A stretch of 64,000 nucleotides of DNA from an uncultured Gammaproteobacteria bacterium (GTDB lineage Bacteria > Patescibacteriota > Microgenomatia > JALYQM01), in assembly GCA_964403585.1 (NCBI GenBank), contig CAYOFQ010000001.1, positions 1,472,826 to 1,536,825 on the forward strand, given 5' to 3'. Below are positions 9,231 to 18,230 of the stretch, piece by piece. Positions within the stretch are counted from its first letter, which is position 1. Each line of letters opens with the position of its first letter. Under the pieces are notes generated by a model, which worked only from the letters and a program-made list of their open reading frames with translations, ran no database searches and was not told where the DNA came from. The position numbers and the translations under genes were made by a program.

Positions 9231-10250
9231 ATGAAAACAATCACCAAAGAAATTTCCCAAAACAAAAAAGTTATTATTCGCTTAGATCTGGATATTCCGG
9301 CCGACGAATCAGGTAACCTTACCGATTTAACCCGACTCGAATGCGCTATTCCAACATTACAGCTACTTAATGACAGCGCCCAGCAGGTTGTAATCATTGG
9401 CCACCGGGGAAGACCAAAGGGGGCTGATCAATCTCTTTCCTTAAAACCCGTTGCAGCTGAACTTAAAAAACTATTTGGCCAGCCGATACAATTTATCGAA
9501 TCGATGGATTTTGCTAACGTCTCGGCACAAATTTCTTCCCGTTTTGTCATGCTGGAAAATATCCGCTTTGATGCCCGTGGTAACAGCAACGACGAATCCT
9601 TATCCAAAGAACTCGCTGCTTTAGGAGAACTATTTATTTTTGAAGCATTCTCCGTGGCACATCGTGCTGATTCTTCAACAGTTGGAATTACAAAGTATCT
9701 TCCTTCCTATGCAGGGCTTCGGGTAACTGAAGAAGTGGAACAGCTCGGCGCAGTACTTAAAAACCCTGAGCATCCGTTTCTGGTAATTCTTGGCGGCGCC
9801 AAAATCGAGACCAAGCTTCCAATGATTCAAAACATGGAACCTATTGCCGACAACATTTTTGTAGGAGGAAAGCTCCCGTACGAAATTAATCAGCAAGGAC
9901 TAAGCTTCAGTAACAAAGTTACGGTAGCAACAATGAACGAATCCGGTTTCGATATCAACCAGACAGCAACGGCACAGGCAGTCGAACTGATCAACAAGGC
10001 TTCACTCATCGTGTGGAACGGTCCTGTCGGAAAATTCGAAGATGAAACGGCTCGTGAAGGAACAAGAATTATTGCCCAAGCAGTCGCGCAATCAAAGGCA
10101 AAAGTAGTAACCGGAGGTGGCGACACAATTGCCGCAATGGAAATGTTCGGGATCAAAGATCAAATTGATTTTATTTCCGTAGGCGGTGGCGCAATGCTCG
10201 AATATTTATCCGGAAAACACCTTCCGGCACTTATTGCATTGGAATCATAA
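9231..10250 (+). CDS. pgk: phosphoglycerate kinase (compact 339-aa form)
   Basis: N-terminal ...KKVIIRLDLDIP..., ...IIGHRGRPKG..., C-terminal ...GGGDT... and GGGAMLEY. Confidence 0.85.
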   Translation: MKTITKEISQNKKVIIRLDLDIPADESGNLTDLTRLECAIPTLQLLNDSAQQVVIIGHRGRPKGADQSLSLKPVAAELKKLFGQPIQFIESMDFANVSAQISSRFVMLENIRFDARGNSNDESLSKELAALGELFIFEAFSVAHRADSSTVGITKYLPSYAGLRVTEEVEQLGAVLKNPEHPFLVILGGAKIETKLPMIQNMEPIADNIFVGGKLPYEINQQGLSFSNKVTVATMNESGFDINQTATAQAVELINKASLIVWNGPVGKFEDETAREGTRIIAQAVAQSKAKVVTGGGDTIAAMEMFGIKDQIDFISVGGGAMLEYLSGKHLPALIALES

Positions 10251-10283
10251 TTCTGCCTTAATTTATGTAAGGAGAATATATCT

Positions 10284-10847
10284 ATGCGATCATACGCATT
10301 ATTTATAGTATTGGGAATCACAGTAGTATTAACTGCGTGTACTAGTTCACAAAATACCACAGCCAATGTTACTACCGAACCTGAAGCAAGTCCGGTAGAG
10401 ATCGCCAAGAATACTCTGAGTTTTTCAGATAAAAACCGCGATATCGAATTCAAATATCCAGACAATTGGGTAGTCGGCCAGTTTAATAGAGACTGTGGCG
10501 AGGGATGCGAAAGAATCGAGCTGCACCCTAAAAAAGAAACCGGCCAGGGCCTTGACCCAACGCTCTCCATTATGATCAGGAAAACCGAGCCAACAGAACA
10601 GGAAATTTCATCGATTAATCCCTCCAACGATATCAAAGAAACTGCCTACGGCGGACTAAGTGGTAATTTACGAACAAATAACGCCTCAGGTGTTGGAGGA
10701 TCGATTACCCGACTGGACTATATTGTTCCCGCTGACGAAAGAACATACTGGTTTATTTACAGCACACCAAATCAGCAGTCGGATAAAATTCCATTTGAAA
10801 CAGTCGTCTCCACATTTAACAACCTGGATTATGAAAATACCGACTAA
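10284..10847 (+). CDS. lipoprotein of unknown function
   Basis: Signal peptide with lipobox LTAC. AAGGAGAA RBS. Confidence 0.6.
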   Translation: MRSYALFIVLGITVVLTACTSSQNTTANVTTEPEASPVEIAKNTLSFSDKNRDIEFKYPDNWVVGQFNRDCGEGCERIELHPKKETGQGLDPTLSIMIRKTEPTEQEISSINPSNDIKETAYGGLSGNLRTNNASGVGGSITRLDYIVPADERTYWFIYSTPNQQSDKIPFETVVSTFNNLDYENTD

Positions 10848-10922
10848 CACGAGTATGGAATAAATCACTAAAATAGAGTATAACTAGTGATGGTATAAAT
10901 GATAATAAAGGAGTAACGAGAT

Positions 10923-11921
10923 ATGAATCTTGCTATTAACGGTTTCGGCCGCATCGGCCGCAATGCTTTTAAGATCGCCTGGGACAAATTTAAAGACCAG
11001 ATCACAGTAGTGGCCATCAACGACATCACCACACCTTCAGTATTAGCTCACTTATTGAAATATGACTCCAACTACGGAGTCTGGGGTCCGGTAGTTACCT
11101 CCGATGAAAAAAACATCATTGTCGACGGAGTAAAAATCCCTGTTTACGCCGAAAAAGATCCGTCAAAACTTCCCTGGAAAGATCACAATGTCGATGTCGT
11201 TATTGAATCGACCGGATTCTTCACCAATGAAGCAGGCATGAAACTTCACCTGGATGCAGGTGCCAAAAAAGTTGTTCTTTCGGCTCCGGCTAAAGACGGC
11301 AATATCCCTACCTTCGTTCTCGGTGTTAACGACCACTCCTATGCCGGCCAGCAAATGATTAACAACGCTTCCTGTACCACCAACTGTATTACTCCGGTTG
11401 CCCAAGTTATTCATGAAACATTTGGTGTCGCTAAAGCAATGATGACAACCATCCATTCATATACAGCCAGCCAGGCCTTGCAGGATGGACCAAAGAAAGA
11501 TATTCGTGAAGCACGTGCAGCCGCCGAAAACATTGTCCCAACAACCACCGGCGCCGCAATCGCCACCACCCAGGTTATTCCTGAATTGAAAGGACTGTTT
11601 GACGGACTTTCCATTCGGGTTCCGACCCCGGTTGTTTCTCTCGCCGATTTTACTTTCGTAGTAAATAAAAAGACATCAGTCGATGAAGTCAATGAAGCTA
11701 TCAAAAAAGCCTGTGCCGAACCTCGTTTTAAGGGTATCTTTTCCTGGACCGACGAAGAATTAGTCTCATCTGACTTCAAAGGTAACAGCTATTCCTCAAT
11801 TGCCGACTTAAAACTTACCAAAGTTATTGACGGTGATATGGTCAAAGTAGTCGCCTGGTACGATAACGAATGGGGCTACAGCAATCGATTAGTTGAACAG
11901 TGCGTAAATGTAGCAAAATAA
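10923..11921 (+). CDS. gap: type I glyceraldehyde-3-phosphate dehydrogenase
   Basis: INGFGRIGR NAD-binding motif. Catalytic SCTTNC motif. Confidence 0.9.
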   Translation: MNLAINGFGRIGRNAFKIAWDKFKDQITVVAINDITTPSVLAHLLKYDSNYGVWGPVVTSDEKNIIVDGVKIPVYAEKDPSKLPWKDHNVDVVIESTGFFTNEAGMKLHLDAGAKKVVLSAPAKDGNIPTFVLGVNDHSYAGQQMINNASCTTNCITPVAQVIHETFGVAKAMMTTIHSYTASQALQDGPKKDIREARAAAENIVPTTTGAAIATTQVIPELKGLFDGLSIRVPTPVVSLADFTFVVNKKTSVDEVNEAIKKACAEPRFKGIFSWTDEELVSSDFKGNSYSSIADLKLTKVIDGDMVKVVAWYDNEWGYSNRLVEQCVNVAK

Positions 11922-12000
11922 GAGCAAAAACTCAGCTCTATCTCATTGCTTTTACTAGTAAAATAAGATAAAAATAGAGTAACCCTACAACACAAAAATA

Positions 12001-12026
12001 CCCCTCAGCAATGAGGGGTATTTGTT
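12001..12026. terminator. bidirectional hairpin terminator
   Basis: cccctca gcaa tgagggg flanked by T-rich tracts on both strands, between convergent gap and the surface-protein gene. Confidence 0.6.
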
Positions 12027-12044
12027 AATATTTGCAGCTTTGTA

Positions 12045-12881
12045 CTACTTCTCCAATGAATGAGCATATTTACGTAGCGAGACACCTGCAGCTAATATAT
12101 ATCCTGCAAACACCAGATAATCATAATTTGTACCACCGGTACTTGGTAACGTTAAGCCACCCTTAGGTACAGAAGAGCCGAGAACTTGACCCGAGGGGGT
12201 AGAACCACCATTGTTTCCACCACCACCATTCGGTGTTTCAGTTGGTGTTGGAGTCGCACTTGGAGCAGGAGTTGGCGTGCTTGTTGGTGCCGGCGTAGCG
12301 GTAGTAGTTGGAGTAGGTGTCGGATTTCCACCTCCCTGACCCGGAGTTGCACTTGGAGTAACTACCGGAGTAGGTGTCGGTGTTGAACTGGGAGCTTCAC
12401 TGGGAGTTGCGCTCGGAGTAGCCGTTGCACACTCATCTTTAGTATGCACAGCAGCTATTAAACGACTACCGTAACGTGCACCACCGGAAAAACTCTGTAA
12501 TACATCACCTTTAAAGAGGTCAACCTGACCCCAACAAGGAAGGTTAATAGTTAAATCCTTTTTGGAATGGGCATCAAGCGAGTAGATCACAGAATCAAAA
12601 AGAATCTGGTTATCAGTGTTATCATCTACTTTCTTATAACTTGCCAATCCGCCGGAAATGGGCGCATCACCAATGTTCTCAACAGTCGCTTTTGCTTGCG
12701 TACCATTAATAGTAATGAAGCCAATCGCCCCATCATTAACATCCTGGTCCCCTACGGGAACCTCATTTGGATCCAAGCTATACGCCGCGGCGCGGGTTAC
12801 CGAAGCTAGCAAGATCACCACGGCCAAACACATAGCCGCAGTCCACACAGTCCCGACTTTATGAGAAGCTGCCTTTCTCAT
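12045..12881 (-). CDS. LPXTG-anchored cell-surface protein (sortase substrate) with Thr/Pro-rich stalk
   Basis: Starts MRKAASHK with a signal peptide. Has a TPTPT low-complexity linker. C-terminal LPSTG, then a hydrophobic segment, then RKYAHSLEK. Confidence 0.8.
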   Translation of the reverse strand: MRKAASHKVGTVWTAAMCLAVVILLASVTRAAAYSLDPNEVPVGDQDVNDGAIGFITINGTQAKATVENIGDAPISGGLASYKKVDDNTDNQILFDSVIYSLDAHSKKDLTINLPCWGQVDLFKGDVLQSFSGGARYGSRLIAAVHTKDECATATPSATPSEAPSSTPTPTPVVTPSATPGQGGGNPTPTPTTTATPAPTSTPTPAPSATPTPTETPNGGGGNNGGSTPSGQVLGSSVPKGGLTLPSTGGTNYDYLVFAGYILAAGVSLRKYAHSLEK

Positions 12882-12919
12882 AAGACCTCCTTTGAGGTAA
12901 ACATGCTATTAAGGTGTTG

Positions 12920-12960
12920 ATTATAACAAAATCGGAATAGCGTGTCAAAAAACTATAGGA
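12920..12960 (-). promoter_or_regulatory. promoter TTGACA-N17-TATAAT with upstream conserved ATCCTATAG motif
   Basis: On the minus strand: atcctatagtttTTTGACA, 17-nt spacer, TATAAT, then AAAGGAGG and the ATG at 12881. Confidence 0.6.
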
Positions 12961-13039
12961 TAAGAGCCATTTGAAAACGTTTTAATGATATGTTACTATA
13001 ATAAAATTATACAATATTAATAGCATGACAGAGCCTGAG

Positions 13040-13250
13040 CTATACTATCCATCATCCCAAAGGACCGAAACCGAGGAAGCCGGGTGCTACGGCATTGGCG
13101 GTAAACCCGTCAAACCGGAACAACTACCCGGAATGGTATCTGTAGTTCGTCCACCACGGACAATTGAACGTTCACCGGCAGTTGGATGGAGTTTTCCACA
13201 AAACAAAAGCGCCCGCCCCAGGCAACACCGGGAAGTACACCTTACCGTAT
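13040..13250 (+). ncRNA. candidate structured ncRNA (GC-rich island; identity unresolved, RNase P-like sequence patches)
   Basis: Local GC is well above the flanking AT-rich intergenic DNA. Putative promoter TTGAAA-N18-TACTAT at 12971-13000. Segments GAGGAAGCCGGG, GGCGGTAAACCC..CCGGAACAA and CCACGGACAA..ACCGGC resemble RNase P CR-I, CR-III and CR-V. The ORFs called here lack an RBS. Confidence 0.3.
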
Positions 13251-13366
13251 AAAATTGAAAAAAATCAGTCGAGATGGTAAGATCGTATCTTGTGATTTAA
13301 AAGCATGAAAGGAAATATATGAAAGAAGACGCCTATTCCCACTTTACAATTTCACCGTACGATCCA

Positions 13367-13703
13367 GCGAGAGAGCGCCGACCACGCGCAACATACAACC
13401 GCGAATCCATGATGCCCGGAGACAGTTGCACCGGCAAAGAACTCATACCTGGTCCAGGCGCTGAAAGAAGGCTGACATTAGAAAGTGATTCCACATTTCA
13501 GGTTCCGTTACGGGAATTAGCCGTTGGTCGGTAATCTTTTGTATCAATCATTGACTAATTAGCAGTAACTTGATACCATTATTGAATAAATGAATAGCAA
13601 CAAAGCTCTTATTGTCGTCATTCTTATTAACCTCGCACAGCGGTGGTAATAAAGACGTACAAAAAAATCTTTAAAACCCCGCTTAACCAAGCGGGGTTTT
13701 TTG
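13367..13703 (+). promoter_or_regulatory. T-box-like transcription attenuation leader upstream of ilvB
   Basis: AGAGAG at 13370 (AG-box-like). CCGTTA at 13505 (F-box consensus). CAGCGGTGGTAAT at 13638 (T-box-like, with a UGGU bulge). Intrinsic terminator aaaaccccgctt aacc aagcggggtttttt at 13673-13703. AGCGG at 13639 can pair with CCGCT at 13679 to form an antiterminator. Confidence 0.5.
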
Positions 13704-13740
13704 TTATTTAGAATTATTTATTATTTTAGGAGGAGAATTT

Positions 13741-15480
13741 ATGGAAGCCACCTTCCACACCAGTACAACTTTCATCAGCCCACAGGCCAAGGAAGTCGTA
13801 CGCCTCCTTAGCGGATCACAAATCGTCTGCGAAACACTTATCGCTCACAACGTTGATACTATCTTTGGCTATCCCGGAGGGGCAATTATGCCCATCTACG
13901 ACGCCCTCACTCAGTATCCGGAACTAAAACACATCCTCATGCGTCACGAACAAGGTGCAGCTCATGCAGCCGAAGGCTATGCTCGCGCCAAACACCGTCC
14001 GGGAGTTTGTTTCGCAACATCCGGTCCCGGTGCAACCAACCTGGTAACCGGATTGGCTGATGCCTTACTGGATTCAACACCGCTGGTTGCCATTACCGGA
14101 CAGGTCTTTTCGTCGTTACTCGGCACTGATGCTTTTCAGGAAGTCGACGTTGTCGGAATAACTGCACCGGTTACCAAATATAATTTCTTGGTAACAAAGC
14201 CGGAAGATATTGAACACACAATTAGTGAAGCTTTCCGAATTGCGACAACCGGACGTCCTGGACCGGTATTGGTAGATATCACCAAGGACGCCCAGGTAAA
14301 TAAGATTGAGTATAAAGCTCGTAAAAAAAACTTCTCTATAACTGCGGCAGTACCTCCTCAGGAAAAACAATTTGCCGAAGCAATAGAAGTTATTACTTCT
14401 GCTAAGCAGCCATTAATCTTGGCAGGCCACGGCATTCACATCGCCGAAGCCTACCAGGAATTACAAGAATTTGTCGAAACAACCGGAATTCCGGTCGGTA
14501 CTACCCTCCACGGCATCTCCGCTATCGCCCGAAAACATCCACTGTGCTTCGGCATGTTAGGGATGCATGGTAATTACGCTCCCAACATGGCTACCGGTGA
14601 ATCCGATCTGATCATCGCCCTGGGAATGCGCTTTGACGACCGCGTAACCGGTCGGTTAAAAGATTATGCACCCCATGCCAAAGTTATCCATGTTGAAATA
14701 AATTCCCAGGAAATAGGCAAAAACGTTACCACACACATGGGATTCAACATGGACGTTAAAGAATGGTTGGAGCAAATCAATAAAGAACTGAAGTCTAAGA
14801 CATTCACAAACAAAGAAGCGTGGATAAATAAACTCAATGACTGGCAACAGCAGGAACAAATCGAAGTAATCGAAAAAGAAAACAGTAATCCTAATTTAAC
14901 CGCACCGCAGGTAATAAAAACCATCTCGGATATAACCAGAGGCAATGCAATTATCGTTGCTGACGTCGGACAACACCAGATGTTTGCCGCACGATACTTT
15001 GAATCAACCAAGCCAAACTCTTTTATTACTTCAGGGGGCGCCGGCACCATGGGATTCTCAATACCGGCAGCCATTGGTGTAAAAAAAGCCAATCCCGAAC
15101 GAGAGATATGGGTTGTTGTCGGCGACGGCTGCATCCAAATGACCATTCAGGAAATGCAGGTGCTCTCCCAGGAAAACCTCAATATTAAAATTGCCTTAAT
15201 CAACAATAACTTCTTAGGTATGGTTAGACAATGGCAGGAGATGTTCTTTGAACATAACTATTCACAGGTGAACTTGCATAATCCGGATTTTGTTGCACTG
15301 ACACAGGCCTTCGGGATCAAGGCGGAAAAAGTAACTGAAAAAAATACTGTCCAGGCTGCGGTTACCAACGCCCGCCGGCACAATGGACCGTATTTAATAG
15401 AATTTCAAACACAAAACGAAGAAGCAGTTTTTCCGATGATGGCTCCCGGAGCTGCTACTTATGAAATGAGATTGAAATAG
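13741..15480 (+). CDS. ilvB: acetolactate synthase large subunit (biosynthetic type)
   Basis: 579-aa ThDP enzyme. Motifs GYPGGAIMPIYDAL and ...GDGCIQMTIQE... AGGAGG RBS. Confidence 0.85.
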   Translation: MEATFHTSTTFISPQAKEVVRLLSGSQIVCETLIAHNVDTIFGYPGGAIMPIYDALTQYPELKHILMRHEQGAAHAAEGYARAKHRPGVCFATSGPGATNLVTGLADALLDSTPLVAITGQVFSSLLGTDAFQEVDVVGITAPVTKYNFLVTKPEDIEHTISEAFRIATTGRPGPVLVDITKDAQVNKIEYKARKKNFSITAAVPPQEKQFAEAIEVITSAKQPLILAGHGIHIAEAYQELQEFVETTGIPVGTTLHGISAIARKHPLCFGMLGMHGNYAPNMATGESDLIIALGMRFDDRVTGRLKDYAPHAKVIHVEINSQEIGKNVTTHMGFNMDVKEWLEQINKELKSKTFTNKEAWINKLNDWQQQEQIEVIEKENSNPNLTAPQVIKTISDITRGNAIIVADVGQHQMFAARYFESTKPNSFITSGGAGTMGFSIPAAIGVKKANPEREIWVVVGDGCIQMTIQEMQVLSQENLNIKIALINNNFLGMVRQWQEMFFEHNYSQVNLHNPDFVALTQAFGIKAEKVTEKNTVQAAVTNARRHNGPYLIEFQTQNEEAVFPMMAPGAATYEMRLK

Positions 15481-15532
15481 TTGCTTCCGCAGCAAAAAAA
15501 AATTAAACAAATGAATCATTAGAAAGGATTAT

Positions 15533-15766
15533 ATGACCTACACATTAGATATTATTTTTACCGAACAGGAAAGCACCTTAACCAAAATTATTACCACCTT
15601 ACGCAAACTTCAGTGCAATCTGCAACTCTTTCATATGGAGAAAGAGCCAAACACTTCCAATGCTTTTATCGAAGCCGAAATTAGCGAGGTAAGATCAATA
15701 GATTTACTCGAAAAGTCATTAAAAAGAGTAGAAGGAGTACAGGAAGTATGCAATACTACACAATAA
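15533..15766 (+). CDS. ACT-domain small regulatory subunit of acetolactate synthase (IlvM/IlvN-like, 77 aa)
   Basis: Short beta-alpha-beta-beta-alpha-beta pattern directly after ilvB. Overlaps the next gene by 19 nt. Confidence 0.5.
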   Translation: MTYTLDIIFTEQESTLTKIITTLRKLQCNLQLFHMEKEPNTSNAFIEAEISEVRSIDLLEKSLKRVEGVQEVCNTTQ

Positions 15767-17568
15767 AATGTTTCAATTGCAAGAAAATAACTGCTCAGGA
15801 TAAAATAGAAACCAACTGCCCTGATTGTAATGGCCCGCTGGATATCGAATACGACGAAGACAGCCTTAGAGAAAGAGTTAACATTCGGCTCCTGAAATCT
15901 GCCCCAATGCAATCCTACAAATATCTTGACTTTTTCCCTCTGGAAAATAAGAATTCACTTATTTCCCTCAACGAAGGGAATACACCCTTATATCCGCTTA
16001 AAAAAGTATTCAAAGACTTCCTTAACGTCTACCTGAAATATGAAGGTGCCAATCCTACCGGAGCTTTTAAAGATCGCGGTAGTTTTGTTGAATTAAACAA
16101 AGCCAAAGAGATGGGAGCTCAGGCAGTGGTCGTTGCCTCTACCGGCAATATGGCTGCGTCAGTATCAGCCTATGCATCCCAAATTGGTGTACCTTGTTAT
16201 GTTTTTATTCCCGAAGGTACTCCTGCCGGCAAACTTGCCCAGGCCATAGCTTTCGGTGCAAAAGTTATTCAGGTTCGGGGAACATATAACGACGCTCAAC
16301 GGTTAGCGGAAGAATCAGCTAAACAATTCGGCTTCTTTTTGTGCGGAGATTACGCCTTCCGCGCCGAAGGTCAAAAAAGCATTGCGTATGAAATTGTTGA
16401 GCAGCTTGGCTGGAAATCCCCTGATTATGTAGTTGTACCGGTGGGTATGGGTACCAATTTAGCCGGCATATATAAAGGATTTAAAGAATTTCATCAGTTG
16501 GGATTAATCGACAAAGTACCGAAATTTGTTGCAGTGCAATCCGATGGCGCGGCTCCTGCAGTTAATTCATACAATTCCCCCTCTAAAGAATTACAAAAAG
16601 TAACCAAACCACAAACAGTCTGCTCAGCCATAGCAGTCGGTAATCCATTAGACTATCCAAAGGTAGCTAAGTCGTTGGAAGAATCAAAAGGATATGCCGT
16701 TGCAGTACCGGACGAAACAACACTTAAACTGGAAAAAGAGCTGGCGGATAAGGAAAGCCTTTTTATCGAACCATCATCTGCTACAACAGTGTCGGCACTT
16801 ACGAACCTAATTGAACAAGGTAAGATTAAACCCGAAGACATCATTGTCTTAATCGCAACAGGCAACGGATTAAAGGATCCGCAAACTTTACTAAAAGTTT
16901 CAATTCAACCACCAACCGTCGAACCAATGCTTGAGGAAGTAGAAAAAATACTGCGTACCAACACCTTTGCAGTTCGCTCGCTCGGTATTCAGGATAAAGA
17001 AACTGTCTTGTTCGAAGCAGCTCCAAACGAAATAAAACTTGACGAGGTTCTGAAAGAAATTAATATAAATCTTTCTCCAGACAGTAAACAAGAACTCCAA
17101 AACCACATCGCCAGTTTTCTGCAAAAAGGTAAAAAAGTTACCAAAGCCGATTTAATGTATATTCTCGAAAGCACGCTAAAAAATTCTACCCAGTATCAAC
17201 AAGTGCTTAAAGTACAGGATTTCTCAGTCCAAACAACCAAACAAAAACCCCCACAGTCAACTGTAGAAATTGAATTTCTCGGCCACCAGCTGACCGGACA
17301 AAGTGAAGGTGTAGGACCCGTCGACGCCATCATTAATGCACTCACCCGCCTGGTAAATGGCAAAGGCGACTTTCAATGGAAACTCACTGATTACAAAGTC
17401 GAAATTAATAATGCCGGAACCAATGCTGTCGTTGAGGTAACTATGGTACTAGAAGACCAGGACAAAAATAAAGTCGTTGAAGTCGCCTCTTCACCAGATA
17501 TTATCGTGGCTAGTGTTGAAGCATTCGAAAAAGGCTATAATGCCTTATATTGGAAGAACCATTCTTAA
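15748..17568 (+). CDS. threonine synthase-fold PLP enzyme with N-terminal zinc ribbon, fused to a C-terminal LeuA-type allosteric (LeuA_dimer) domain
   Basis: CFNCKK...CPDCNG zinc ribbon. NPTGAFKDRGS, the PLP-lysine motif of threonine synthase. C-terminal tandem blocks QSEGVGPVDAIINAL and SSPDIIVASVEAFEKGYNAL match the two conserved repeats of the regulatory domain of isopropylmalate/citramalate synthases. Confidence 0.65.
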   Translation: MQYYTIKCFNCKKITAQDKIETNCPDCNGPLDIEYDEDSLRERVNIRLLKSAPMQSYKYLDFFPLENKNSLISLNEGNTPLYPLKKVFKDFLNVYLKYEGANPTGAFKDRGSFVELNKAKEMGAQAVVVASTGNMAASVSAYASQIGVPCYVFIPEGTPAGKLAQAIAFGAKVIQVRGTYNDAQRLAEESAKQFGFFLCGDYAFRAEGQKSIAYEIVEQLGWKSPDYVVVPVGMGTNLAGIYKGFKEFHQLGLIDKVPKFVAVQSDGAAPAVNSYNSPSKELQKVTKPQTVCSAIAVGNPLDYPKVAKSLEESKGYAVAVPDETTLKLEKELADKESLFIEPSSATTVSALTNLIEQGKIKPEDIIVLIATGNGLKDPQTLLKVSIQPPTVEPMLEEVEKILRTNTFAVRSLGIQDKETVLFEAAPNEIKLDEVLKEININLSPDSKQELQNHIASFLQKGKKVTKADLMYILESTLKNSTQYQQVLKVQDFSVQTTKQKPPQSTVEIEFLGHQLTGQSEGVGPVDAIINALTRLVNGKGDFQWKLTDYKVEINNAGTNAVVEVTMVLEDQDKNKVVEVASSPDIIVASVEAFEKGYNALYWKNHS

Positions 17569-17571
17569 GAT

Positions 17572-18228
17572 ATGACGAATAATCCGAATCTGCCTGCACT
17601 TATCATGCTATTTCTTTTTATTGAGCTCGGAGCCTTTGCTTTCGGATACCTGGCTAAAATCTTCAGCGATAAATATAAAAAGTTGGCTTTTTATATAGCG
17701 GTGGACAACATCAGAGCGATCCCTTTAGGTATGCCGGTAATTATTCGCGGGAAAATTAAGCCGGATAATCAACCATTACTCACACCGCAGAAAAATTTTC
17801 CCACTGTCTATTACAAGCAATATACCGATACCAAAGTTACTCAGGCTAATAGTGAACACTGGATCTCTTCCAATGACCCTCAAATTAAACGAACCGATGC
17901 TGTAATCTACGATGATACCGACGAAATTATAATAAATACCGCCTATGCCGAATTTGATATCAAGGGCATCGAATACAGTTACCTCGATGAGCACGACTCA
18001 AAGTTAAGACACCGGGTAGAGTACCTCCCTGCTAACAATAGCATCAACGTGTGTGGTATTACAGAACTGATAGGAAATGACCGTATCATCCAAGCAAATA
18101 AAACATATCACCTCGTCATCACCGACAAATCAATCGATCAAATCCGCAATCAATATAAATTAAAACAAATCGCCGCAGTAGCTGCTTGTGCAGCCTGCCT
18201 TATTATAGGAGTAGTAATTCTAATCTAA
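17572..18228 (+). CDS. membrane protein, N- and C-terminal TM helices
   Basis: 218-aa ORF contiguous with the preceding gene. Hydrophobic termini. Confidence 0.45.
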   Translation: MTNNPNLPALIMLFLFIELGAFAFGYLAKIFSDKYKKLAFYIAVDNIRAIPLGMPVIIRGKIKPDNQPLLTPQKNFPTVYYKQYTDTKVTQANSEHWISSNDPQIKRTDAVIYDDTDEIIINTAYAEFDIKGIEYSYLDEHDSKLRHRVEYLPANNSINVCGITELIGNDRIIQANKTYHLVITDKSIDQIRNQYKLKQIAAVAACAACLIIGVVILI

Positions 18229-18230
18229 CT

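Noticed and set aside
9231-10250. Short (339 aa) phosphoglycerate kinase as a truncated pseudogene
   Set aside because: Both the conserved N-terminus and the C-terminal GGGA motif are present and in frame. This is a compact full-length form, not a truncation.
12150-12420. Repetitive DNA (also 19180-19380, 49260-49420) as CRISPR or tandem-repeat array
   Set aside because: The periodicity is the codon-level Thr-Pro(-Ala/Val) repeat of the surface-protein stalks. There are no spacer-repeat units of CRISPR length.
13040-13250. SRP RNA or tmRNA identity for the GC island
   Set aside because: The domain IV GGAA tetraloop lacks closing pairs. There is no tRNA-like CCA-terminated acceptor or T-arm (GGTTCGAATCC-like) sequence.
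13025-13534. ORFs 13025..13252 and 13319..13534 as protein-coding genes
   Set aside because: They have no ribosome-binding sites. Their composition is atypical. They overlap regions better explained as structured RNA and the ilv T-box-like leader.
15481-15532. Hairpin ttgct tccgc agcaa followed by poly-A after ilvB as a terminator
   Set aside because: The tract after the stem is A-rich, not U-rich, on the transcribed strand. The downstream genes are clearly co-oriented and overlapping, so read-through is expected.
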